Shown: in pieces, positions 1 through 8,025 of the stretch | Layout of the letters: each line of letters opens with the position of its first letter | Numbering within the stretch: position 1 is the stretch's first letter | The notes under the pieces: generated by a model | Databases searched by the model: none | What the model saw: only the letters and a program-made list of their open reading frames with translations | What the model was told of the DNA's origin: nothing | Program-made: the position numbers and the translations under genes | Assembly (NCBI GenBank): GCA_965238275.1 | Contig: OZ250186.1 | Coordinates: 640,001 to 704,000 of the forward strand | Reading direction: 5' to 3' | Origin: Nitrosopumilus sp. | Lineage (GTDB): Archaea; Thermoproteota; Nitrososphaeria; Nitrososphaerales; Nitrosopumilaceae | Length of the DNA: 64,000 nt

Positions 1-472
1 AGATCTCCGAGATAGCAGTAACCGACATCCTCTCCCATGCCCCCTCAGAGTACCTGTATGCGCCGCATCCCTTCTGTGCCACAAACAAAGTCCCTTCTGC
101 AGGCCAGCCGATTACCCCCAGCACCGGCAGCCCGTTCCTTACCAGCGCGATCATCACCGTAAACTCGCCGGTCCTGTCGACAAAATCCGAAGTCCCGTCA
201 AGTGGATCCACTATCCAGACCGTATCCTCTGAGAGCCTCTGCGGCTCATCTGCATCCTCCTCTGAAAGTATCAGGTGTCCGGTTCGCCTGAGAACCCCCT
301 TGATAATCTCATTGCTTGCAAGATCAGCCTCGGTAACCGGAGAATTATCCGCCTTTGTCGATACCGCAAAGCCCCCCCGATAGATCTCCATGATAGTACC
401 TCCTGCCCTGACTGCTGCCTCCACGGCAGCATCAAGATCCGGAACCCGGCCTGGCAGCGGCATGCCCGACAA
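1..472 (-). CDS. cysQ: 3'(2'),5'-bisphosphate nucleotidase CysQ / inositol monophosphatase family (runs off the window edge)
   Basis: Manual translation of the minus strand gives DNSPVTEADLASN...VWIVDPLDGTSDF...GEFTVMIALV; start is TTG 472 or ATG 463. Confidence 0.88.
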   Translation of the reverse strand, partial: MSGMPLPGRVPDLDAAVEAAVRAGGTIMEIYRGGFAVSTKADNSPVTEADLASNEIIKGVLRRTGHLILSEEDADEPQRLSEDTVWIVDPLDGTSDFVDRTGEFTVMIALVRNGLPVLGVIGWPAEGTLFVAQKGCGAYRYSEGAWERMSVTAISEI

Positions 473-480
473 GACCTTCC

Positions 481-687
481 CTAGGTCGTCAGTTCCGGTT
501 TTAGCGTCCATACCACTCCCAGCATGATGAACGGAATCGACATGATTCCTATGATGCCAAGTATTGTGTTAAACTGAGGCGCCGACACCTCTGGATTGTT
601 GATGATCCACGGCAACGGCAGGGTGATTATCACCCAGATGATCCCCAAAAGTATTATCAGCTTGGCCTTTGCCTTTTTGCCCTTCAC
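481..687 (-). CDS. Small two-TM hypothetical membrane protein
   Basis: ORF with two hydrophobic helices; GTG start at 687; abuts cysQ. Confidence 0.7.
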   Translation of the reverse strand: MKGKKAKAKLIILLGIIWVIITLPLPWIINNPEVSAPQFNTILGIIGIMSIPFIMLGVVWTLKPELTT

Positions 688-902
688 AGCACCCCTAGCA
701 CACAAGCTGTATTAAATTCATGTCCATTGGCAGATTTTTGGAGCCCCTGTTACAGGACGCATCTGTCAGACCCATCATCGGCTTCCTGCCATTCCGAGCG
801 ATCCTGCAATATGCGTACCATGACATGTAATTTACGCTCCATCATTTAGAAATGAACCCAAAACATCCTATAAAATTATTAAAAAATTGAAATTTATTGA
901 AC

Positions 903-916
903 TAAACCTTAAATAG
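903..916 (+). promoter_or_regulatory. BRE/TATA-like promoter (AAACCTTAAATAG) upstream of candidate ncRNA
   Basis: TTAAATA at 909-915 within an AT-rich tract, ~25 nt before the first hairpin. Confidence 0.5.
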
Positions 917-937
917 TTAAAATTCCTATACATGTTG

Positions 938-1060
938 ATGCCGATGGATGCAACTTCTATCGACTAACCCGGCGTAGCCCCGCAGAACAAAAAGGCGCTC
1001 AGAGTATCTGACAGCAAGAGGAAATCTCTTAAAGTTCTGCCGTGAAGGGGATACGCCTCT
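938..1060 (+). ncRNA. Candidate stand-alone structured RNA (5' hairpin plus three-way junction)
   Basis: Stems 942-948/956-962, 971-981/1047-1057, 982-988/1034-1040, 999-1003/1007-1011, 1016-1020/1026-1030; no downstream same-strand gene. Confidence 0.55.
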
Positions 1061-1488
1061 TATTTCTTCAAAATGTCTACAGAGACCGCGCCGTTTACGT
1101 CTCCGTTTGGATCAACGACTATTGTCATCTTCCCACCAATTGGAATCGAAACGGCCTTTTGTCCGTCATAGTCCCAGGTAAAATACTCTGAGATGCCTGT
1201 CTCCTGCAGCGTGCCCCTGAGCCTGAACTCCTCGTGGAAGTCAAGACCCTCCCCGCTTAGCGTTATCGACAGGATCTCCGGACTGCTCCCGTTTGGAACG
1301 AACCCAAAGACATACTCTCCACTGTCTGCTGTAAACGTGTTGGTGAAGACGCCGTTCTTGTACAGGCTGGGGTCTGCAAGGGTCGCATGGAACACGGCCT
1401 TGCTTTTGTCAGGCGAATCTAGCGAGCCGCCACTTACTATGGCGATTACGGCTATGGCTGCCAGCGGAATTATTATCTTCCTATCCAT
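1060..1488 (-). CDS. Hypothetical membrane-anchored/secreted protein
   Basis: MDRKIIIPLAAIAVIAIV signal/anchor followed by a beta-rich domain; the upstream ORF extension looks non-coding. Confidence 0.75.
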   Translation of the reverse strand: MDRKIIIPLAAIAVIAIVSGGSLDSPDKSKAVFHATLADPSLYKNGVFTNTFTADSGEYVFGFVPNGSSPEILSITLSGEGLDFHEEFRLRGTLQETGISEYFTWDYDGQKAVSIPIGGKMTIVVDPNGDVNGAVSVDILKK

Positions 1489-1810
1489 GGGATCAGTCAG
1501 GCGCGATATTATAAAAACGAACTTTGAATCGTTACGTACTTCCCAGTTCTGGCACCAGCCCGGAAACCCGTGTGATTCCAGACACCATGCATCCGGAAGC
1601 TCAAACCCAAACTGCCTGTTTATAACGGAACACCGCAGGGAATGCCTTGATAGATTTTCAAACCGTTCTGTGCATTTGGCCGGCGTACATGGCATGCCCA
1701 AATTACTCCCTAAACCGCAGTCTGTCATGCCGTGGCGTGTCCGTCAGGCCTGGCAAATCACCGCATACCCCAGTGATGCGGCCCATTCTTGTTAGTGAAA
1801 TTTTATGTAC

Positions 1811-1840
1811 TGTTAATCAATATTTACACCTGAAATTAAG
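1811..1840 (+). promoter_or_regulatory. Palindromic box TGTTAATCAATATTTACA plus ATTAAG TATA-like element upstream of cdvB
   Basis: 22/30 identical to the upstream region of the second cdvB (25128-25157, minus strand). Confidence 0.6.
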
Positions 1841-1856
1841 TACGAACTACACAACC

Positions 1857-2510
1857 ATGATTATGCCCAGTATGAGCGATAAGTGGTCAAAGCAACCAAA
1901 GCCAAGCATTGCTGATAAGATTAATGATACCTTAAAACCCAAAGGTGCCCTGAAACCACGGGTTCAGCGCGCAATTGGCAAGCTGCGACTGCAGACAAGG
2001 AAGCTGGATTCCATGCTTGGAAATCTGCAGGAGCGTGATGCAAAACTCTTCCAGAGAATTGTAGAGGCAACGCAAAAGCATGATGTCCAGACCAGCAGGG
2101 TTCTTGGAAACGAGCTGGCCGAGATCAGAAAGGTCACAAAGATTCTAAGCAGCGCCCGAATCGCGCTGGAGCAGATCGAACTGCGTCTTACTACCTGCCA
2201 AGATCTTGGAGACACGGTGGTGGCAATCATGCCAACAATAGGCCTTATGAAAAACCTGAAGACGTCCCTAGGAAAGGTAATGCCCGGGGCCGAACGGGAG
2301 ATTGGCCAGATGGCAGAGATGCTTGGCGGCTTCATGACTGAGAGTTTTGCAGGCGATGCCGCATTCGGACTAGACGATTCAACCAATATCGAGTCCGAAA
2401 ACATTCTCAAGGAGGCTGCCGCCGTTGCTGAAAGTTCTACCAGCCAGATGTTCCCGTCGGTTCCATCCGAAACTGCCGGCAAGGCAAACTCGCTCAATTC
2501 CAACTACTAA
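1857..2510 (+). CDS. cdvB: CdvB / ESCRT-III (Snf7) cell-division protein paralogue
   Basis: Snf7 coiled-coil LKPRVQ...ELAEIRK...LEQIELRL; paralogous to 24451-25104. Confidence 0.9.
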   Translation: MIMPSMSDKWSKQPKPSIADKINDTLKPKGALKPRVQRAIGKLRLQTRKLDSMLGNLQERDAKLFQRIVEATQKHDVQTSRVLGNELAEIRKVTKILSSARIALEQIELRLTTCQDLGDTVVAIMPTIGLMKNLKTSLGKVMPGAEREIGQMAEMLGGFMTESFAGDAAFGLDDSTNIESENILKEAAAVAESSTSQMFPSVPSETAGKANSLNSNY

Positions 2511-2578
2511 ATTCTGTCCGTGCCATACTGGTTCCTGCCGGATGTACAGACTGGCACCTGTCTGATTCATAGTTCCTA

Positions 2579-2830
2579 TAGCGGCGAGCAAAAGTTTGTG
2601 CAAACAGATCTCTCTGTAGCGTGTCCTGGTGCTCTTTCCGGCGCTCTGTCAGACCTTCCAATATTGTCGTCGTTGTCGGGTCCAAGCCGACCTGTCGAAT
2701 TGTTCATTCCAGAACCATCCGATCCGTGATCCTCGCGCCTTGTGACGACCTCGACACCTGCAATGGTGCCTCCACGATTCCCGTGGGCTTGGCCGCCAGT
2801 CTCCTCCGTATGGAGACAGTCATTATCCAA
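2579..2830 (-). ncRNA. Putative omegaRNA/reRNA scaffold overlapping the tnpB 3' tail
   Basis: Low-complexity ~80-aa tail after RuvC-III; hairpins 2799-2804/2812-2817, 2772-2776/2782-2786, 2675-2679/2687-2691, 2604-2608/2613-2617; canonical position for a TnpB guide RNA. Confidence 0.55.
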
Positions 2831-3115
2831 AATGTTTTTTGCCGCGTTCTTGTCGGCATGGTGGCACCATCCGCATGAGACGCAGACAAATGATTCGCCG
2901 TTTCTGGACTTTTTGTCCACTATCCCGCAGGCAGCGCATCTCTGGCTTGTATGTGCGGATTCCACGCGTTTTGTAATTCCGCCCCTCTTTTTCATCTGCC
3001 ATTCAACTTGGCTCCGAAACTCGCCCATTCTGGAATAGGCCATCTCGCGGTTCAACCCCGTCTTTGGGGCGGCCCCGTTGGATCTCCTCATCCTGGTCAA
3101 ATCCAGGTCTTCCAG

Positions 3116-3205
3116 AGACGTAATCCGTAATTAGTCGTTAGGCACAAAGTGGGAATAGATGCTAGGCACGAAATGACCCAAAACTGCCTATTACGGATTA
3201 TGTCT
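3116..3205. mobile_element. 90-bp MITE, copy 1
   Basis: 16-bp TIR AGACRTAATCCGTAAT; CAG duplicated at 3113-15 and 3206-08; identical inverted copy at 12695-12784. Confidence 0.92.
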
Positions 3206-4168
3206 CAGGAACAATACGGACAGTCCTTTTGTTATCCGCCTGGCAATGTCGGCCTCGTTGTGTTTTTGCCTGTTTGATATCTTTTTCAATTCATGCGTTA
3301 TCCTGCGGCCGATCTCTTTCCACCTTCTGGAGCCTGGCTGGCATCTTGATCTAAATGATTTCAGCTGATCAATCCTGTCGCCGTCATGCCTCTTGCAGCC
3401 TCCGGGGACACTGTGCAGTTTTTCATTCCCATGCTCGTCTGCGACTGCCGCAAGGTGCCTGACTCCAAGATCCAGCCCTGCCTTGCATCCGCGGCCACCG
3501 CCTGTCGTGGGTTCGGGGTCTGGGACTTCTATCTGCAAATGCAGTTTGAATTCGCGATCACCATCCCTGGTCTTGCGCGTGACCTTGCCTGTGGTGTCAA
3601 TCATCTGGAATGACACGAGCCTGCCTTCTGGAACCCTCGTGCGTGGCCTTACCTCCCCGAGTCCGGGCAGAAATACGGTGCCGTCGTCCCGCAGTTTTGG
3701 CTTTCCGCGTGAATTCAGCGAGCGCAGCCTGGTTGTTTTCCTGCCGCGCCTCATCAGGCTGGACGGCTCGGTCCACCTGTTGTGCTTGTACGTTTTCTTT
3801 TTCCCCAGCTTGATCTGTCTCTTGCGCCAGATGCGCTTGTTGTGCTTGAGCCGGTTTGCCTTGCGGAATTTGACTGCCGCCTGGAAAGCATGTTTTGAGG
3901 CGGCCTCATGCATGCGGACGCTGCTGGCCAGGTTGAATTCCCTGCGCCATCCTGTTATCAGGTTGTTGACATCAAACTGTGTGATCCGTGAGTGTGCAAG
4001 TTTCATCATGATTGTCATGTCGTAAATGATGTCTGTTTCCCGGGAGCATTTCACGATCTTGCGTGACAGTTCCCGAGATTGTGTTATCTTGATGATTTTA
4101 CTGACAATCATACCTGTAGTTGGGATTTATTTTCTTAAAAAAGGTGCCCAAAAAATTGCACGAACTTT

Positions 4169-5938
4169 GTAATTGTTTCGCTTTTTGAAGTACCCCGGAT
4201 GGCCTAGCGGGCATCCATGGCGCCGGGAATAAATCTAATGATTTCGTGCTCGGGACGACAAAGCTAGACTGTCGTGATCTAAATGTGAGTGGGTGCTAGT
4301 TCCTTCGAGATAGCAAATGAAGAAACCAGCACACCAGACATGCTTGGAGGTGGAGGAATTTAAGGCAATACACGAGCCCTCCTTACACTTACCACAAATC
4401 CTTCCTGATGCCGGGGCGTGCATGAAACCAGAATGCAGGTGTTGTCGGTTCTGGACAAGGGTGCTTGGCGATACGATCGGCTTGACAGGCAAGATCTTGG
4501 AGGCTGCTGCCGCCGAAGTTGCAGGCAGGCCAGGCGCCAACTGCAAGGAGATCGAGGACCTGCAGGCACTCGTCTCATCCCTCACAGAGGACAACAAGAG
4601 GTACGCCAAGGCCAACAGGGAGCTTAACGCCAAGGCCAACAGGATCAACATCCCCACCGTGACCAAGAAAAAGGCAGGCCCAAGGAAGGCCGGCAGGCCC
4701 AAGGGGCAAAAACCCACCATCAACTGCAGGCCAAAACGCGTCGACCGCGTCGAGGAGATCGACTGCAAGGAATGTCCCGACTGTGGCAACGACAATCTTT
4801 CGGACGTGACTGACAGGTACGATCGCATCGTGACTGTCATGCGCGTCATACTGGAAAACGTCAGGTACGTCATCAAGCGGCGCTGGTGCCGCGGGTGCAA
4901 AAAACAGGTCTCTGGAAGGGTTCCCGGCGCGGCAAAACACGCGCGCCGTTCATCAAACTTTGATGCGGCCATGACGTCCCTGAACATGAACGGTTTGTCG
5001 CATGCCAGGGCCGCAGAATTTGGCAGCGACGCGTGGGGGCACAAAATCTCGCGCCCGTCTGCATACCGCGGCAAGATCAGGCAGGCAGAGCGCATGGCAC
5101 CGGAGCGTGATTCTGTAAGAAAGCGCGTGTTAGAGGCGCCACACCTGAACGCAGACGAATTCCACTGGCCGTTGGGCGGCAAACGCGGCTACGGGATAGT
5201 GGCCCTGGCAAAAGACGCCTGCCTCGTGGAGGTGACCGGCTCGTGGGGCATCAAGACGCTTTGCCACACACTCCCGGACTACAAGGGAACCATAACGCAG
5301 GACTCGTATTCAGGATGGCTCCACGTGGGATCGTGCCGCCAGATGTGCGTGTGGCACCAGGAACGCCTGGTGCAAAAGGACGTCCTGACCAACCCCAAAG
5401 GTGACGTTCCAAAGTTTCTGGACAGGCTGTCGGCAATCCACGATAAGATTTATCGCGCATCCAGAATCGAGGACGGGCACACGAGGATCGTCGCGGCCCA
5501 CTGCATAGACGCGGAGCTGCGCGGGCTGATGAACGAACCGTTTGCAGACGATGGGCACGGCACCATCGCCAGACACAAGAAGAGGAACCCCCGGGAGGGA
5601 TACTTTATGACCACCTGCCTGCACGTGGACGGCATCGAGCCGGACAACAACGCAGTGGAGAGGGTCAACCGGAGGTTCGTGGCCATAAGGAGCGACGGGG
5701 GCGGAAACCGCTCCCAGAAGGGCATGGATGCCAACTCGATCCTGTTCACGCTGCTGGCAACTGACAGGATCAACGCGAACAGTTTCTTTGATCATCTGGT
5801 CCGCTCGTCCTCTGGAGACAGTTGAGGCATCATCTGACGGCACGTATGGTGCATCACGGGAAAAAAGATTCCACGGCAAGGGAAAGGCTGCACCTGCTCC
5901 ACTGTTAGGCAGGCCACTTCAAAAAGCGAAACTGTTAC
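4169..5938 (+). mobile_element. IS66-family element, single-ORF (ISBst12-like) organisation
   Basis: TIRs GTAATTGTTTCGCTTTTTGAAG / GTAACAGTTTCGCTTTTTGAAG; 8-bp TSD CGAACTTT at 4161-68 and 5939-46. Confidence 0.93.
4317..5825 (+). CDS. IS66 family transposase
   Basis: Coiled coil, GRPKGQK, CPDCG...CRGC zinc finger, LNADE, TQDSY, DNNAVER DDE motifs. Confidence 0.92.
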   Translation: MKKPAHQTCLEVEEFKAIHEPSLHLPQILPDAGACMKPECRCCRFWTRVLGDTIGLTGKILEAAAAEVAGRPGANCKEIEDLQALVSSLTEDNKRYAKANRELNAKANRINIPTVTKKKAGPRKAGRPKGQKPTINCRPKRVDRVEEIDCKECPDCGNDNLSDVTDRYDRIVTVMRVILENVRYVIKRRWCRGCKKQVSGRVPGAAKHARRSSNFDAAMTSLNMNGLSHARAAEFGSDAWGHKISRPSAYRGKIRQAERMAPERDSVRKRVLEAPHLNADEFHWPLGGKRGYGIVALAKDACLVEVTGSWGIKTLCHTLPDYKGTITQDSYSGWLHVGSCRQMCVWHQERLVQKDVLTNPKGDVPKFLDRLSAIHDKIYRASRIEDGHTRIVAAHCIDAELRGLMNEPFADDGHGTIARHKKRNPREGYFMTTCLHVDGIEPDNNAVERVNRRFVAIRSDGGGNRSQKGMDANSILFTLLATDRINANSFFDHLVRSSSGDS

Positions 5939-6032
5939 CGAACTTTCGCTTTTCACTATAGAATGGCCGCCCTAGCTGCTCAGGATCGGCACTATCATAA
6001 ACTTCATATACATTTTCCCAACAGCATTGAGT

Positions 6033-6227
6033 ATGGCCTCCAAGGCAATCACAGCAGGCGTGGGAATTCCAATGATTGTGGTGGGTGCGTTAATGGCTTG
6101 GCTGTGGGCACCTACAAGTGCCGACCTTCAAAACCAGGTGGAGCTTGTAGGAAGCACAATCGGAATTCTGGGAGTCGTGTTCTTCATCTCCGGACTCTTC
6201 TATTCAAAAGAACCTGTAATGCATTAG
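6033..6227 (+). CDS. Small two-TM hypothetical protein
   Basis: MASKAITAGVGIPMIVVGALMAWLW..., two hydrophobic helices. Confidence 0.7.
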   Translation: MASKAITAGVGIPMIVVGALMAWLWAPTSADLQNQVELVGSTIGILGVVFFISGLFYSKEPVMH

Positions 6228-6259
6228 GTACATAACCGAGTAGCCTTCAAACACATTAC

Positions 6260-6973
6260 TTGAATGTCAGACTGTCTGAGATATTTACATCCGTTGAAGG
6301 CGAAGGCATCCTTTACGGAACAAAGACGCTGTTTGTAAGGCTGGCCGGCTGTCCCTTTACGTGCTTTTACTGCGATACCCCTGAATCCCTTCCGCTTGAC
6401 TCGGGCACGGAGCACACAGTTGAGGAGGCATGCGGCATGATCGACTCAAGCCTGCAGAGAAAGACATTCAAGGTCAACTTTACCGGAGGCGATCCCCTGA
6501 TACAGCATCAGGCAGTGGCGCTTCTTGCACAGCATGTCCAGAAAAAAAAGATCCCCACCTATCTGGAGTCATCATGCTTTGATGTTGGCAGGTTCAACCA
6601 TGTTCTGCCATATTTTGACATAATAAAGATCGAGTTCAAGACAAGGGATTCAAATTTTGTAGACCCGCAACACCATGAACGGTTGACCGGCCATGCCATG
6701 AAATGCCTCGAGTCGGCTGCCAGAGGGGGCAAGACAACATACGTCAAGGTTGTGGCAAGCTCCAAGACAGACCCTGGTGATATTGAGGATCTGGCATCTG
6801 CAGTCTTTGGGGGCATGTCCGGACATGCCGTGTCCGGGTTTGTCATCCAGCCAACCTATGGCGTTTCTGAACCATCGCTGGAACGCCTGCTGGAACTGTA
6901 CGACGCCGTTGTTCCGTACTATGAGGATGTCCGGATAGTCCCGCAACTGCACAAGTTCATCGGGGCACCATAA
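6260..6973 (+). CDS. queE: 7-carboxy-7-deazaguanine synthase (radical SAM)
   Basis: EIFTSVEGEG, FVRLAGCPFTCFYCDT, C-terminal PQLHK. Confidence 0.92.
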   Translation: MNVRLSEIFTSVEGEGILYGTKTLFVRLAGCPFTCFYCDTPESLPLDSGTEHTVEEACGMIDSSLQRKTFKVNFTGGDPLIQHQAVALLAQHVQKKKIPTYLESSCFDVGRFNHVLPYFDIIKIEFKTRDSNFVDPQHHERLTGHAMKCLESAARGGKTTYVKVVASSKTDPGDIEDLASAVFGGMSGHAVSGFVIQPTYGVSEPSLERLLELYDAVVPYYEDVRIVPQLHKFIGAP

Positions 6974-7143
6974 GGCGCAGTACGGCCAGTCGATGTTTGC
7001 TCAATGTGGAAGGATGTGTGTCTGCGCATCGATTACGCATAAGGTCTATGAGAACTGCACGGTAAAACACCGCGCCGTGATGCAGGACAGCTGGCTGAGG
7101 TTCCGCCTAGGTTCAAATATCCGACGAATGCCGTACCTGTCAA

Positions 7144-7698
7144 ATGGATCATGAACGCGTAAAAAAACTTGTCCGGGAACTGATAATCGAAGTAGGTGAG
7201 GATCCGACACGGGAGGGACTGCGGGAGACTCCCCAGAGAATTGCCAACATGTACACTGAGATCTTTGAGGGCTACGACTCTGACTCGGAGCTGTCCGTGC
7301 AGTTCTCCGAGGACTCTGATACGGTGATTGCACGCGACATCCAGTTCTACTCCATGTGCGAGCATCACATGTTGCCATTCTACGGAAAGATCCACATAGC
7401 GTACTCGCCAAATGGCAGGGTCTTTGGCATATCCAAATTGGTCAAACTAGTAGAAAAGTACTCAAGGAGGCTGCAGATACAGGAGAGGCTTACAAAGAAC
7501 ATCGCTGACGAACTGTACGGGCAGGGGATCCGGGGCGTGGTGGTGCTGGCCGAGGCAGAACACCTATGCATGAAGATGCGGGGGGTCAGAAACGACGCCG
7601 TGCTGCTGTCCTCTGCATTCCGTGGAATCTATGAGAGTCGGGAGGAGAAGGAGAGCATCATGACCATGATTAGGCAGTGTGTACAGGACTCGCTTTGA
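7144..7698 (+). CDS. folE: GTP cyclohydrolase I
   Basis: REGLRETPQR, SMCEHHMLPF, LQIQERLT, HLCMKMRG. Confidence 0.95.
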   Translation: MDHERVKKLVRELIIEVGEDPTREGLRETPQRIANMYTEIFEGYDSDSELSVQFSEDSDTVIARDIQFYSMCEHHMLPFYGKIHIAYSPNGRVFGISKLVKLVEKYSRRLQIQERLTKNIADELYGQGIRGVVVLAEAEHLCMKMRGVRNDAVLLSSAFRGIYESREEKESIMTMIRQCVQDSL

Positions 7699-7773
7699 GG
7701 GAACCGTATTCAAAGGCGGTTTTCCAGTTTTGGTATTGGAATAATTAAATAATCAATCCTCTTGATTACCAAC

Positions 7774-8025
7774 ATGGGAGCGCACCCGAACATCCACATT
7801 CCAAAGGAATCATGGCCCAACTGGACATGGTATGCGCTGGAGGCCGGAATCGTTCTTGCAGTATCCATGCTGGTCTCACAGCAGATCACCGACTCGATTG
7901 AGGGCCTTGCAGCAGACACCCAAAACTACGTCTTCATGGGGATCGTCGGACTGATATTTCTGGCATGGTACATTGGAATCCGGGGACTCCTTCTGAAGAA
8001 GAAGATCCTCGGGAACAGCTACTAG
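7774..8025 (+). CDS. Small membrane protein, hypothetical
   Basis: MGAHPNIHIPKESWPNWTWY..., two TM helices. Confidence 0.7.
   Translation: MGAHPNIHIPKESWPNWTWYALEAGIVLAVSMLVSQQITDSIEGLAADTQNYVFMGIVGLIFLAWYIGIRGLLLKKKILGNSY

Larger units (their letters stand above)
2576..4111 (-). pseudogene. tnpB: TnpB RNA-guided endonuclease (about 480 aa reconstructed) interrupted by a MITE
   Basis: RuvC-I GLDLGV, RuvC-II VLFL|EDL (split by the MITE), TSQRCAACG...CVSCG zinc finger, RuvC-III ADKNAAKNI. Confidence 0.9.
2579..5958 (-). mobile_element. Non-autonomous tnpB element with IS630-like terminal inverted repeats (about 1509 bp without the nested IS66 and MITE)
   Basis: TIR 2579-2603 TAGCGGCGAGCAAAAGTTTGTGCAA vs reconstructed 4156-4168+5947-5958 (reverse complement TAGTGAAAAGCGAAAGTTCGTGCAA), 19/25; TA duplicated at 2577-78 and 5959-60; empty site CTAG. 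Confidence 0.75.

Noticed and set aside
932-967. 11-codon ORF MLMPMDATSID as a leader peptide
   Set aside because: No downstream same-strand gene to regulate, and its first ATG is too close to the TATA element; better explained as the 5' hairpin of the candidate RNA.
1540-1610. CCAG..GGAAAC-like words resembling ORB origin boxes
   Set aside because: Poor match to the ORB consensus, no G-string, and no cdc6/orc1 gene in the window.
3113-3208. MITE as a spliceable archaeal intron restoring TnpB
   Set aside because: The junctions pair as a continuous stem with no bulge-helix-bulge motif.
4150-4163. AAAAAATTGCACGA shared with 50080-50093 upstream of rps6e
   Set aside because: A 14-bp A-rich match is expected by chance in 64 kb, and the second site lacks the rest of the TIR.
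7036-7048. CGCATAAGGTCTA upstream of both folE and cbiD (31446-58)
   Set aside because: 13-bp matches are expected by chance; distances to the start codons differ and there is no symmetry.
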